From the human T2T-CHM13v2.0 reference genome, Homo sapiens: 64,000 nucleotides of DNA. The stretch is from NCBI RefSeq assembly GCF_009914755.1, contig NC_060933.1. One strand, written 5' to 3'. The notes under the pieces were generated by a model, which made no database searches, had not been told where the DNA came from, and saw only the letters and a program-made list of their open reading frames with translations. A program made the position numbers and the translations under genes. Below, piece after piece: positions 46,476 to 61,599 of the stretch (within the stretch, counting starts at the first letter, position 1; the number at the start of each line of letters is the position of its first letter).

Positions 46476-46885
46476 CAATAGTTATGAAAGACACAGAATA
46501 AAGAAGTGTTCTGAATTAAATGACTCGAAAGAGACATGACAAATAAATTAGCCCGATACTTGTTTGGATCTTTACCAGAAAAGGTTCTGTCATAAAAGAC
46601 ATTATTTTCACAACTGGCACTTTGGGAGGCTGAGGTGGGAGGATCACTTGAGCCCAGGAGTTTGAGACTAGCCTGGTTGAAACAACAAGACTCCATCTCC
46701 ACAAAAAAAATGACAAAAAAAAAAAAAGAAAAAGCCAGATTTAGTGTTGTTCACCTACAGTCTAGCTACTTTGGAGGCTAAGGCAGGAGGATCGCTTGAG
46801 CCCAAGGTCAAGGCTACAATGAGCTATGATCACGCCACTGCACTCTAGCCTTGAAGACAGAGAAAGACTATCTCAAAACAAAAAG
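46198..46885 (+). mobile_element. Two partial AluJ-like elements (46198-46475 with internal duplication and (AATA)n tail; 46615-46885)
   Basis: Alu consensus; ccaggaggctgaggtacaaggatcacttga repeated in tandem. Confidence 0.82.
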
Positions 46886-49800
46886 TCTATGGATTAAAGG
46901 ACTGTATAGATGTTAATTTCCTAACTTTGATAATTAAACTGTATTTAGTAAGAATGTCCTTGCTCTTAGTAAATACACAATGATTAATTTAGACATAAAG
47001 GGACATCATATCTGCAACTTACTCAAGTGGTTTGGAGGTGGGAGAAAATAAATATACACACACATGCATACACAAATATAGGTAGTGTATATATTATATA
47101 TGTATATACATACATACACATAAATACTCAGATGATCTAAGTAAATATGGCATGATATTAACAATAGGGCAATCTGAATAACAGATACCCAGAAGTTCTT
47201 TGTACTACTCTTGCAACTTAATTTCAGACAAAATTTAATTGCAAAGTTTAAATTATTACTAAAACACCATAAACTTTAGAATATAAGTAAATATATTTAT
47301 GACCTTATATCACAAAGGATTTCTTAAATAAGACACACAAAAAAGCACAAATGTAAAGGAAATAAGAAACAAACTTGACAACGTAAAAGTATCATTAAGA
47401 GAATAAATCAACAAGCCAAAACTGGGAGAAACTATTTGCAACCCATATAACAAACAATGGACTAGTATCTGGAATACATAATGAATTCCTACAACTAAGT
47501 AAGAAAAAAAGGAGAAATAAAACACAAAAACAGACAAAAGAATTGCACAGGGATGGGGGCGAGAGGTAAAAGACTACACACTGGGTACAGTGTACACTGC
47601 TTGGGTGATGGGTGCACCGAAATCTCAGAAATCACCACTAAAGAACTTATTCGTGTAATAAATAAATAAATAAAACAAAATGTATGAGAGGATAAATAAT
47701 AAAAATATGTCCAACCTCATTAGTAATTAGGAAAATGCAAGTGAAAACTATGTTAAGATACCATTTACCACACACTAAAATAAAATTTTTTTTAACCTCA
47801 CTCCTTTCAGTAGGAGATGGCTTAAAAAAATTATTTTAATCTCACAATGCAGTTATAAACTGGTGCAATCACTTTGAAAACTGGCATTATGTAATGAAAC
47901 TGAAGAAATATGTTCTCTATGACCCAACAATTCCTTTCCTATGTACTTCTTAGAGAAAACTCTTGTCCAGCAGGAAAGAATGTTCATAGTAGCATCAAAC
48001 TAAAACAACCAAACTATTTATCAACAATAAAATGGATAAACAAACCATGATCTATTATTCTTCCAATGGGATACTACAGACTTGACCGTACTGAGAATGA
48101 ATGAGCAACAGCCACATGTATGAATATGGATGAATCACCAAAGACATACAGGGCAAATAAAGTCACAGAAGAAAACCAGCATGAGTCCATTTATGTAAGG
48201 TTCTAAATACAGCTTTAAAATTTTTCTAATGCTTTAAAGTATTGAATGCTTTAAAAAATTTTTAAGTTGCATTTAGGGATATATAATGAGTGGTAAAAAA
48301 ACAACAGGAAAACAGAAAAGCAAGAGAATAATTATCAAATTTGGGACTGTGGTTATCTTGGGGGAAGGAGAGTGAACAAAAGTGATGAAGAAAGGTACAC
48401 GGGGTGCTTCTTCAGTATGTATAAATATTTTATTTCTTAACCTGGGTGGTAGTCACATGGGTGTTTATATACTTACGTGTTTTATAAGCTTTTCTATAGG
48501 TATAACAAATGTCACTAAAAGTAAGGACATAGTGCTTATGACTCAGCCCTAGAAACTGTAAAGAGAAACCTTTAAAAGAGAAAGAACAGCCAGTGAAGTA
48601 GGAAGAAAGTAAGGAGAGTGGTGTTTCAGAGGCCAAAAGAAAAAAGAAGTGAATAGTGAAACTGTGTCAAATACTAGTGATAGGCAAAGTAGAGAAACTT
48701 TCACACAATATATAAAGTGCATTTTTCTCTCTCTGATGAATCACTTTTTCAGGATGTAGACATTATTTTGCAGTGACTAAGGATTTACTAATAACATTAA
48801 TGAGAAAGGATATGAACATTCTGATATTTTATATTCAGAAATCAAAATTCTTAACATATTTTTAAAATGTCCTCCTCTCATAATACAGAACATTAATTGC
48901 ACCAAGAGTATATAATCAATTATTAGAATAAGTGAATTCTTAAATTTGATAGCTGAGTTTTGGCAAACTTTAATTTGCCCCAGTATTTTTTTTTTTGCAC
49001 CAAATATTTCTATCATTTGTTATTAAAATGGTAATGACAAAAGACCTTTGTCACTGCCAAATCAGATAAGTAAGTTAGGGGCTGGTAACAAATACAAAAC
49101 ACAAAAATTTGGTCAAAGAACCCAAAACAGACATTTTATCAATATTAGAAAGATGCATTGAATCATTCCCTTGGCTTTTTAAATTAAAAATAATAAAAAA
49201 GCTTTTACTTTAAAATAATGAACTATTTTTCAGAAGGGTTTGGACAATCATTTGGTTGTCTTAATTTTATAATTTGATTGTCTTAATTCTTTTAATTTTC
49301 TCACCTATAAAACATGATGAACTAAATACTACTTAAAGTCCCAATTAGCAATATTTTACGGTGTTATTTGGAAAAGGAAAAATCAATCACAAAAGGTAGT
49401 AATACTTTAAGTAATAAACCACACTTTTGAGAACTGTGAAACCAAAAGTAGCATATACTAACCTAATAAGATATTCAAACTGGGCCATCCATTGCTTTTT
49501 CCTTAAGAGGTTTACTTTAAATAAAAGAGGGAGGCTCTTCAAAGCTACAATTTGCAGAGACAATTTAGAAGGCTGTATTTTTACTAATGCAAAATGCAAC
49601 TTCACACAAGCTTAAGATACAGCTGGAAGTTCTGAAGTTTAGGAAACAAAATAAATCCTCTTCTTTGAATAAAAGATCATACTATTAATTTAAGCTTGAT
49701 ATAAAATATCACTACTTAAAAAAGGAAAAGTATTTTTCTCAAGAGCATATATGGCAAAATTATTATGGCTATAAACTAGCATATTTAAGTTAATGTTAAT

Positions 49801-50085
49801 AAGACTACTAATTTGAAGCAAATGGTTTGTGGCTTTTAAAGAATGAGTAATATCAATGTTAGAAAATAAATTTGTAACTCAATTTCAGATATTCATCTGT
49901 CAACTAACAGAACCTCCTAATATTAATATTTAATTAATGGGTATACTTTGTTCTAGGATTCTTGCTTTCCTTTATAAATCCTGAGAGAACTCGAGAAGAA
50001 AAAGGCTTATAAACATACATGGCTTAATAAATGAAACTTGTAACTTCAGAAAACTTGCTTTGTGACCCAAAAAAGAACTACTCAC

Positions 50086-50260
50086 CAAAAGCAGCAGCCA
50101 TAGGGGGTTCAAGGGATGGCTGGCCATCACCAGTAGGAAGGTCTAAGCGAGTGAAGTCTCTGCTTTTGTCATTATTATATTTCACATTAAGGCTGGTGAG
50201 CTTGGAGAAGTCAATGCGCAGAGTGCAGCATGCATTATAGATATTCTGGCCATCCAGAGC
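50086..50260 (-). CDS. PTBP3: PTBP3 coding exon, 175 nt (end of RRM2): [58 protein letters not shown](G)
   Basis: Acceptor gctttag|GCT, donor TTG|gtgagt; phase 0-1; PTB signature [20 protein letters not shown]. Confidence 0.96.
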
Positions 50261-51414
50261 CTAAAGCATGTAAGAAAGGGACTGGTTTTGGCAAGACAAC
50301 AACACTGATAACCAAGAAGCCTCTACTTTGACAAAGAGTGGCAATCAGGTGTAAGGCAGAAAGCACTGACTAAAAAGCCAAAGTCTTGGGTTTACTTTTA
50401 CCTCACAGTCATTAACTATGAGCCTAAGAGAGAAAAAGAAAATCTCTAAGTCTCAGCTTTCATCTGTAAAATAAGACTGATAATATTTATCTTGTCTGTG
50501 GTAAGATCAAATAAGAGAGGAGAAATGTAAAAGATTGGAAAACTACTGTCTATCATAGAAATGTTCACTATTATTATGATTATTTTGCCTATATCAAAAG
50601 TTTTAAGATACTCTGATTTTACATTCCACTTTAATTCATTTTAGTATAATTCACATTATACTAGGATGTGTAAGCTTTGTTAGGATGAAACAAAGCTTTT
50701 GTAAATGGTACTTGTCAGAGCCACAATACATAAAATATTACCTACCACTTATTTTTTTCTCTTGTAAATTTACTTTGTAATACTTTGAATAATAAACTGA
50801 GGAAAATGTGGAGTCAGTTGTAACCAAAGATTAGCAACCCCTTCCTTTGCAAGAATAAAAATTTACCTAAGGGTATTTGTGGCCACTTAACGACTTTCAC
50901 AAATGCTTGAATTTATAAAAATAGATACCAGAAAGCAAATCACATAAAAATAAAACATATATATATATATCCTGATTTATAATAATGGTAATTGACAAGT
51001 ATGCCATCGTAAAGGTACAAAATAATATATGCATGTTCAGGGTACAGCAAATATAAAGGCTATACTCCCAATTGAGTGCCAGACACTGTGTGGTACACAA
51101 AAGTACCACAAGCCATAGTCCTCATCTTTGACCAAAAAGTAGAAATGACTAGCAAAAACTGCTACAAGATGAAATTAGAGTCAGGGATAGATATCAACAA
51201 GAGGTATGTCTAAGATAATCGAACTGAATGTCAAGTTTTATTCTTGTCAAAATAGGTTTTCGTGTACTAAAAAAAAAAAGACAACACGAATTGACAGCAG
51301 CATATTTCCTAAGATTTAGTATCTCCACCAATTTAGAGCTCAACAGGAATAAACATTGAATACAGCTGCAAAAATGGTGAAATCAATCTCTGACTGATTT
51401 AACAGAAGTAAATG

Positions 51415-51504
51415 GTCTACAGCCATACCACCCTGAATGCACCTGATCTCATCTGATCTCAGAAGTTAAGCAGGGTCGGGCCTGGTTAGTACTTGGATGG
51501 GAGA
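51415..51504 (+). pseudogene. 5S rRNA retropseudogene, nt 1 to ~90, 3'-truncated, no poly(A) tail
   Basis: gtctacagccataccaccctgaatgcacctgatctc...cagggtcgggcctggttagtacttggatgggaga; differences mostly CpG decay; flanking repeat agaagtaaatg. Confidence 0.93.
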
Positions 51505-51835
51505 AGTAAATGAAAGCACGAGGGTAATGATGGCTCTATTAGTCAGCTTATGTGAGGAGTACTGTGTTCAATTCTAGACTTTAAACATGACAAACAGGAC
51601 CTGCGTCTCAGAGATGTGAGAGGTGATAGGAGATTTGAGACCGTTTCATATGAAGTAGTAATGATTTTTAGCTTAGAAAAAAAAAAACATGGAATCATAC
51701 ACTTTAAAACGACTAAAATGGTAAACATGTATATTTTGCCACAATTTTTTTAAAAACACATGGTAAAGTGGGGCACAAGAGAAGGTATCACTGGAGTGAT
51801 TAACAATTGAAAAATGAAACAAAGATCATAATTAC

Positions 51836-51946
51836 CATTTTGGCATAATGTGCATTTACTGGGTCAGCATACTGAAGCAAGGCTTGAAACTGATTATTCT
51901 TTGTAAAGGTGATAATCTTCAAGACTGTGCCAAATTTAGAAAATAT
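51836..51946 (-). CDS. PTBP3: PTBP3 coding exon, 111 nt (RRM2): [37 protein letters not shown]
   Basis: Acceptor ttttccag|ATA, donor ATG|gtaatt; phase 0-0. Confidence 0.95.
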
Positions 51947-52735
51947 CTGGAAAACAGTTCACATTAGGTTAAATGTAAAAGAAAAGTATTAAACTGATGT
52001 ATCTTTATAAATACAACTTGTTCATAAATCCTTTTAAATGAAAATTTTCTCTTGAAAACTTTGGTACCAAAATGACTTAAGCCTAAAACATTAACATTTC
52101 AATACCCATGACTATCTTACAACAACGCCCGGTACACAACAGGCACTTAAATAACTAGCCTATTTTATGGGATATATAAATGGTACAGTATTAAAATAGG
52201 AGACTACAATAATCAATGGTATGAGATGTGTTACAAAGCATATGAATAAAAGTGGGAGTCATGGACCAACTATTTCACCCTGTGAAGAATCATCTACTTT
52301 TTGAGATTTCTGTAGCCACTAGAAGATGTTCAACTAGAGGCTGCTCTATTAATTCACCAAATATTTGGAAAGACAGCAGTAAACAAAACAGAGACAAAAG
52401 TCTATGCCCACATGCAGACAATAAACAAATGACAAATATCCTAATATCTGGTGATTTTTAGAAGTCTTACGAATAAAAATAAAAGAAGTGAAGGGGTGAG
52501 CACGAACCAGAATGCAAGATGAGACAGTGCAAGAGTGGTGGCCAAAGAAGGCCTTTCTGAAGTGTCTTTTGAGAAGAAAAGAGTGAGAGGAAGGCTTCCT
52601 GACACCAATATCCTCACAATACGTGTGCTACCTCAGCATCACAGGGTTCACGGCCAGGGTTACTATTAATAGTAACTCATTTCTGAAGGACTAAATAGGG
52701 GGGATAAAACAACAACATATTTAGTTTTACTCTGT

Positions 52736-53100
52736 TGATATGGTTTGGCTCTGTGTCACCACCCAAATCTCATCTCAAATTGTCATTCCCCACATGTCAA
52801 AAGAGAGACCTGGTGGGAGGTGACTGGATCATAGGGACAGTTTCCCCTTTGTTGTTCTTGTGATAGGGAGTTCTCAAGAGATCTGATTGTTTAAAAGGGG
52901 CAGTTTCCCCTGCGCACTCTCTCTCTCCTGCCACCATGTGAAGAAGGTCCTGGCTTCCCCTTCGCCTTCTGCCATGACTGTAAGTTTCCTGAAGCCTCCC
53001 CAGCCATGCAGAACTGTGAGTCAATTAAACCTCTTTTGTTTATAAATTACCCAGTCTCAGGGAGTATCTTTATAGCAGTGTGAAAATGAACTAATATTCA
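52736..53100 (+). mobile_element. THE1-type MaLR solo LTR
   Basis: tgatatggtttggctctgtgtc...aactgtgagtcaattaaacctctt...ataaattacccagtctc. Confidence 0.88.
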
Positions 53101-53182
53101 CTCCATTTTAAATTTGAATCTTAAAACAAGAATTTGTTCTGCTTTTGAGATTAAAAAAGTTAAGTATTCCCTATGCTGGTAA

Positions 53183-53508
<326 letters not shown>

Positions 53509-53529
53509 AAAAAACATGAAAGAAAGAAT

Positions 53530-54550
53530 ATTCTAAAGCACAGGTAATGAATGAAAAATAGATAAACTGGACTATCTCAAAATTAAAAACTTTTGTGCAT
53601 CAAAGGAAACTATCAACAGAGTGAAATAAATCATGTATATGATAATGGGTTAAGATCCAGAACAGATAAAGAACTCATGCAACTCAACGACAATACAAAC
53701 AATGCAACCCAAAAATAGGCAAAGGACTTCAATCGACATTTCTCCAAAGAAGCTAATCAAATAGCCAATAAGCCCACAAAAAGATGCTCAATATCACTAA
53801 TCATTAGAAAAATGCAAATCAAAACTACATATCACCTAACTTCCATTAGGATAGTTATAAAATTTTTTAAAACCCATAAAATATTGGGGAGGATATGAAG
53901 AAAATGCAACCCCTGTGCACTGTTGGTAGAAATGTAAAATGTTACAGCCACTATGGAAAAAGTATGACCTTTCCTTAAAAAATTAAAAATAGAATTACCA
54001 TATGATCCAGCAATTCTATTTCTAGGTATATAGCCAAAAAATTGAAAACAGGGACTCAAAGAGATATGCATATACCCATGTGTATCGCAGCATTACACAA
54101 AATAGCCAAAACAGGAAGCAACCAAAGTGTTCATCAATGAATAAATGGATAAATAAAATATGCTATATACATACAACTGAATATTACTCAGCCTCAAAAA
54201 GGAGAAAAATTCTGAATATGGGTGAACCTTCAAGACATCATGCCAGGTGAAATATGCCAGTCACAAAAGCACACATACTGCATAGTTCCACTTACATGAG
54301 GAACCTAAGGTGTAGTCAAACTCACAGAGACCGAAAATAGACTGGTGATTACTGGGGGCTAGGAGAGTAGATGAATAAAGAGTTCCGTTTAATGGGTAAA
54401 GGGAGTTTCAGTTTGGGAAGATGAAAAAAATTCTGGAAACATGGTATTTGGTGATGGTTGAAAAACAATGTGAATATACTTAATGTCACTGAACTATACA
54501 ATTAAAAATAGTTAAAACAGTAAAATTCATGTTATATATATTTTGCCACT
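53530..54550 (+). mobile_element. L1M (L1MB-like) ORF2 end and 3' UTR
   Basis: aaagatgctcaatatcactaatcattag; gaattaccatatgatccagcaattc; cactgaactataca. Confidence 0.82.
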
Positions 54551-55129
54551 TGAATCACTTATGGCAAGACATGAATCAATGTATGTATTATACATGCAGC
54601 AACTCAATGTTTTCTCTCAATAAAGGAGTAACGTTAGACTTTAAAAAAAAGGTTGGGGGTGTAATATAACAAATTGTCTGACCTCCCTTCTTCATTACTA
54701 CAGCCCAGGTGGCGTTCTAAATTATAAGGCAGATTATATTTTCCCGTACTGAAAATCCTTTACTACCTCCCCTTTATATACAGGGTAAAATCCAAGCTCC
54801 TTCATATAACATAACACTCTTGCCCTGGTTTATCTCTCAAACCTCACTTCCTGACACTTCTTGTATAACACTACTCTATTTACATCAACAATATGTAGTT
54901 GCCTATAGTTCTCCAAATTTACCAAGTGATTTCAGACCTCTAGGCCCATATATGAGGATTTTTTGTTTTCCTAGAAATGTGTTTTAACAGCTAGTAAGCC
55001 TTCATTTATCTTTTCCAAAACTCAGCTCAGGGAACAATGCCACCATAAAATTCTCAGCCTCCCCCAAATCCCTATAGAATTATTTTTCTTGAGTTGTATC
55101 TATTTCTTGGTTTTATATAAATATTTATC

Positions 55130-55493
<364 letters not shown>

Positions 55494-55692
55494 CTACTGT
55501 ACTATGTATTTATTTATATAACTGTCTCCTTTCATTAGACTGAAGGCTCCTTGAAGGAATATACCTTGTCTTAATCATTTCTGCATCATTAAGTACAATT
55601 CCTGACATGTAAGAGATATAGACTAAAATGCTTATTATTAATTGATAAAGAATTATATCTAGACCTGGTTGGAGAATTATAGCAATATGCAA

Positions 55693-55982
55693 TTTTTTTT
55701 TCCTTTTTAAGAGATGGGGTCACCCTGTCACCCGTAATGGTGTGCAGTGGCGCCATCATAGTTCACTATAACCTTGAACTCCTGGGCTCAAGCAATCCTC
55801 CTGCTTTCGTCTCCAGAGTACTACAGGTACATACCACCATGCATGGCTAATTTTTAAATTTTTTTAGAGATGGGGTCTCGCTACCTTACCCAGGCTGGTC
55901 TCAAACTCCTGACCTCACACGATTCTCCTACCTTAGCCTCCCAAAGTACTGGGATTATAGGCCTGAGCTACTGCACCCAGCT
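55693..55982 (-). mobile_element. AluJ-like
   Basis: Antisense Alu; flanking gcaatatg repeats. Confidence 0.85.
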
Positions 55983-56821
55983 GGCAATATGTAATTTTTT
56001 TTCCCTTTTTTTAAAGCTTTCTTTTCATTTTTTCTTTTTAAAAAAATACTTATTTTCACCCCAAGGGAAGTCAGCAATTTCAAAAAATAATAAATATTCT
56101 TGATGTAAAATATCTCATTAGTGAAGGAGTAGGAAAACACATAATTTGCTCTAACATTTGGAAAATTTTTATACTAAATTATGCTATAAAACCTAATTTC
56201 CACTCACCTTTCAGATTTTGTTAATGTTTACATTCCTTTTCTCATTTAACTTCAACAATGGCCTAAAGCACATCCTGGGACAGCTTGGTGTTTTGCTGTG
56301 TGGTTTTTATCTGAATGTGCTAAGAGAATAGAACTTGCCTGAATGGGCTAACCAGCAATAGCACTCTAGTCCCCTGGATTGTATTCACTGATAGAGGAGC
56401 TACAAAAAACGATATGATACTTCTGAATAAAGTAACTGGGCACCAACATCAGGGAATCTAGGAATGCCTGAGGTGTGATTTTTAACACCCTTTCATAATT
56501 ATCAAAATAGCAAATTTTAAACAGATTTGGTATCAAAAATTAAAATTCAGGAAGGTTTGATATATATATGAATCTATTTTTATGAATTATAAGGTCTTTT
56601 ACTCTGTTTCCCTAATATATTTTGCTGTCAAAAATATGGACAAATACTCAACTCTATATACCTCCTGTGTATTTTAATATTTTCAGACTGTAACACAGGA
56701 CTAAGAAGATACTAAAGATCAAATTCTGATAAAATTCATCTTCAGAGTGATTTTTTATAAAGGTAGAATTTGTCAGAAACTGAAAATGTCCACTAGTATT
56801 CACTTGTAAAAAGTGTATTCA

Positions 56822-57134
<313 letters not shown>

Positions 57135-57499
57135 TCACATTAGAATTTTTTTTTAGTATCAAGCACACTGGCCACAACTTGTTTATAATAGTTTTTGTAG
57201 CCAATGAAATAACATGATTTAAGAACCAGAATTTCATATTACTAGGATTCTTTTATTTAGTACCATAATGCCTAGCTTTTGTAAGTTATTTATCTTTATT
57301 ACAATTCAAAAAGATTGGTCCTTTGTCCAGAAGAGATTTATCTATTGGACACTCAAAAACCATTCCCATGTATAACAGTACTCAGAAGTAATGGATTACA
57401 TGAGAACATCGTTATGAGCTACTTCTTTCATGCACAATGACACTTTTTAGTATGCAGGACTGAGCATTTACATAATGAATCAGTTGATGAATTCTATCT

Positions 57500-58830
57500 A
57501 CAAATACTCTGAGATGATGTCATCCAGTCCAATGGCTTTAATTACCACACCTACGCTGAAGGTTCCCAAATCTCCAGCCTGAATTCTTTCCTGAATCCAG
57601 ACTTAATTCCCATTTATCATCTCCCACTTGAATATCTAATAGGTATTCTTAAGTTAACATGTTCAAATCAAACTCCTGATTCCTGCCTACCTCCAACCCC
57701 TGCCCCAAATCTTTTTTTGTCTTTGTCTTTTTATTATTACTATTATTTACTTACCTCAGTCTTTACATCTTAGCTCCATTTTACCAGAGGCTCAGGTCCA
57801 AAATCTGGGAGGCATTCTTGATTACTCCCTTTCTCTTCAGAACCACATCTAATCAATCCATCAGCAAATCTTTCAAAATATATCCACAGAAGCCTGTGTA
57901 GGTGGCCCGTAACTATAGCCCCAGCTTGTCATAGGGTGGAAGGATCTCTTGAGCCCAGGAGTTTATTTAAGGCCAGTCTGGGTAACATAGCAAGACCCTA
58001 TCTCTAATTTTAAAAAAATCCATAATCACCACTTCCAGTGCCTATGCCCTCACCCAGGCCACCATCATCTCTCACTTGAAGTAGGACAAGAGCCTCCACT
58101 TAACCCTATACAGCTTATTTTTTTGGAGGATGGGGAGGCAGGGTTTCACTCTGTCATCCAGGCTGGAATGCAGTGGTACAATCTTGGTTCAATGCAACCT
58201 CCACCTCCCGGGCTCAAGCTATCCTCCCACCTTAGCCTCCTGAGTAGCTGGGACTACATGTGTGTGCCACCACCCTTGACTAATATTTTGTATTTTTGGT
58301 ACAGATGGGGTTTTGCCATGTTGCCCAGGCTGGTCTTGAACACCTGAGCTCAGATGATCCATTGGCCTCAGCCTCCCAAAGTGCTGGGATTACAGGCGTG
58401 AGCCACCACACCTGGCCAGTTTATTCTTAATATAGCAACAAGAGTGATTCTGCTAAAACATAAATGATATAATCTCACTGTTCCATTCAAAATCCTCCAA
58501 AGGTTTCCCATCTTACCCAATATAAGAAATTATAAAAGCTTTGCATCACCACTGCTCTAATGCCCTCTCGCATAGGGCTTTCTTACTCTCTCTATTCCAG
58601 TGACACCAGCCTTCTTTCTGATACTTGAACACAACAAGCATACTTCCACCTTAGGCACCTTACATTGCTGTTCTTTTGGACTGGATCATTATTTCTCCAC
58701 ATACACATATAACTTATATCTTCACATCCTATAAGCCTCTGCTCAGATATCATATTGCAAAGACTTTCCCTAACTTCCTTCATCTAAAATAGCATCAATC
58801 CCATTTCAGTCACTCTCAATTCCCTTACCA
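57500..58830. mobile_element. L2 remnant with an inserted FLAM (+, ~57893-58010) and AluJ (-, ~58117-58417)
   Basis: L2 motifs atccagtccaatggctttaa, aaactcctgatt, caggccaccatcatctctcac. Confidence 0.65.
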
Positions 58831-59108
58831 TGAGCTAAAGGAACATTAGTTTCTATAGATGTTAGATAGCAGTTGAGCCAGGACCAATTTTCAGCAAAGA
58901 ATATAATAAAATAATTCGTTAAATAGTTATAACAGGTACAACCAACTCCATACTTCTGTATATTCCCCTACCATAATATTCATCACATCTTATGCCATTA
59001 TTTATGAAATTAGTGTCTTACCCACAAGACTACAAGAGAAAGAACTAGTTTCTTACATTGCTCTTTACTAGCATTTGATCATTAGAGCTAATACTTCTTG
59101 GGCACTTA

Positions 59109-59374
59109 GATGGAGTCTTGCTCTGCTGCCCAGGTGGTCTCAGCTCACTGCAATCTCAGCCTCCTGGGTACAAGTGATTCTCCTGCCTCAGCCTCCAGAA
59201 TAGGTGGAACTACAGATACATGCCAGCACACCCGGCTAATTTTTTATATTTTTAGAAGAGATAGGGTTTCACCATGTTGGCCAGGCTGGAGTTGAACTCC
59301 TGACCTCAAGTCATCCACCCGCCTTGGCCTCTCAAAGTGTTGGGATTACAGGCATGAGCCCCCACACCCAAACC
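59109..59374 (-). mobile_element. Alu lacking a poly(A) tail, flanked by 15-bp direct repeats
   Basis: cttcttgggcactta at 59094-59108 and 59375-59389. Confidence 0.85.
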
Positions 59375-61599
59375 CTTCTTGGGCACTTAATATGTATCAG
59401 GCCCTGTTCTATTTAATGAGTACTTTAAATGTATTAACTCATATAATTCTCGCAATAAAAAATGAGAGAGAACATCATCTTCATTATAAAGAAAACAAAA
59501 ATAGAAGGGGTAAGTTACTTGCCCAAGGCTATAGAGGCAGTAGAGTCAGGATTCAAACTACCTCTAGACCCTGTATCTGTAACTGCTATGCCAGACTGGC
59601 TCTTAGTTGGCTGATGGGATAGAATGCCAGGGGAGAGGGCTTGTTTAATGTAATTAGATTCAGGCTCCCTGAGGAGGTAACATTTGAGCTGAGAGTTCAA
59701 TGATGTCGATCCTGCCAGGTGACTACCTGGGTAAACAGTGTTCCCGGCCTAAGAAATACAAGACAGAAATGGACTAAGGACAGAACTAAGCAGGGGAATA
59801 GGGAAGGGAGGTAGGGAGAGAGAGACAGTGCCAGAAAAGACAGGTGCTAAATAACCAGAAGAGTGTTAGGTAATGAAGATAAAGAGATGGGGGAGAAGTC
59901 TGCATTTGGGGGCCTTCATAAGGAGTTGGTTTTATTTCAATAGCACTGGAAAAGAGGGTTAAAAAAGTGAGTGCTATAACTGAAAGGCTGAGTGTCCTAC
60001 CCCAGCACTTGCTACTGAGGACACTCAGAATTAGTCCTCTTCACCTGAAGGTCACCATGATCTCTTGAGGGAAAAACAAAATTTGTTACTGTGGTTAGGG
60101 AGATGATAAATGAAATTATAAGACAGGACCACATGACTGTAGCTAAACTTGCTGCTGGCTGATGGCAGTGTTGGGACATAGGCATAAGAACATCTTTTAT
60201 AAAAGCAATAGCTACAATGTTACAGCAGCAACCCCGGAACAAACACTGCTAAAGATCACATTAGTCTTCAATGCCACTTTCCGGGATAAACAGAAGAGAA
60301 GAAAATCCACAAGAACAATGAAACCAATCACTTAAGCAACAGCTGAACCCTTTCAGAGAGCAACCGTGGCTCTGGATACCATTGCTAGAATCCTGTTTAG
60401 GACATGCTTCACAAATGCATATGTTTTAAAAATGGTACTCAGAAAACTATCAAAGGGGAAACCCAGTACGCCTACTCAATGGCATGTTTTAATATATACA
60501 TGCATGGCACAGCACTTTACTGAGAAATGTGTCTGAGCTCTATCGCCAATTGGTATAAGGACTGTGGGAAAGTAAACGAACTTCTAAGGGCCCTAGCTTC
60601 TTTATTCGTAAAATGTGAGCCTAGAGTAAGATGTATTTCAATTCTTACATATACAAGCACACACACACCTCTATGACTCTGCACATACTACAAATCCAAA
60701 GGCATGACTCTGTCAAATGAAAATAAGCAAGGGAAGTGTTGCAGTATTTTAATATGTGGGCTAAGTGTAATGAAATGAAATCAACATATAGCTAAAGAGG
60801 ACAAAAGCTGACTAAATTTTGGGGCTATATGTCAAATATTTATATACACAGATTACCAGATAACTGTATATTACATTCTTAGGATATGTATATATGAAGT
60901 ATTAGTTAAAAATGTAACAACCATTCAAAAACAAAACATGGGAAATTACATCAGGAAGCTTCAATTCTAATTCGCTCTTCAATTACGCTCTACAATATTC
61001 TATACTTATCAATTATTTGGGTTTTGGATTTATTCACTACAAAACTGTGAAACTAAGTAACCTTCAATTCTTAAATTCTACATATTACTTGCCATGATTT
61101 CTTTTATCAAGACAACTTAGATATAGCAATGGGTAGTGTATGAAGCTTAGGTTGGGCATCAGTCAATATTTAACATGGTATATTCATATTACACATGAAG
61201 ACTTATTGAACACTTTCCCTTTAGAATTTTTAAATCAGAAATACTCAAAGGTAAGAAGCTGTCCAGAAATAAATTAGTTGTACTCAACGGTGACATTACT
61301 TTCTAAGGAACAACTACTACCTGGACTTTTCACAATATTCTATGCTTTATTTTCATGATTACCTACAAGAAAAAAAAAATCAAAACTTTTTACACCCTTT
61401 TTAATTATGTATTCAAGTTAGAAAAAGGAGGCTGTCAAAAAATTACCTCTAATTTCTATGAAATTAGATGAAGTTTTTTTCATTATTTAAACAAATATAT
61501 CAACAAAACCAATAAGCTAAACAACTTAGATATAAAACATCAAAAGTTTCAGAGGCCATATTTAACTTAACTTTCTTAAGGGTATTTATTCCTCCTTAC

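Noticed and set aside
50031-50240. + strand ORFs overlapping PTBP3 exons (also 31255..31446)
   Set aside because: Antisense shadows of real coding exons.
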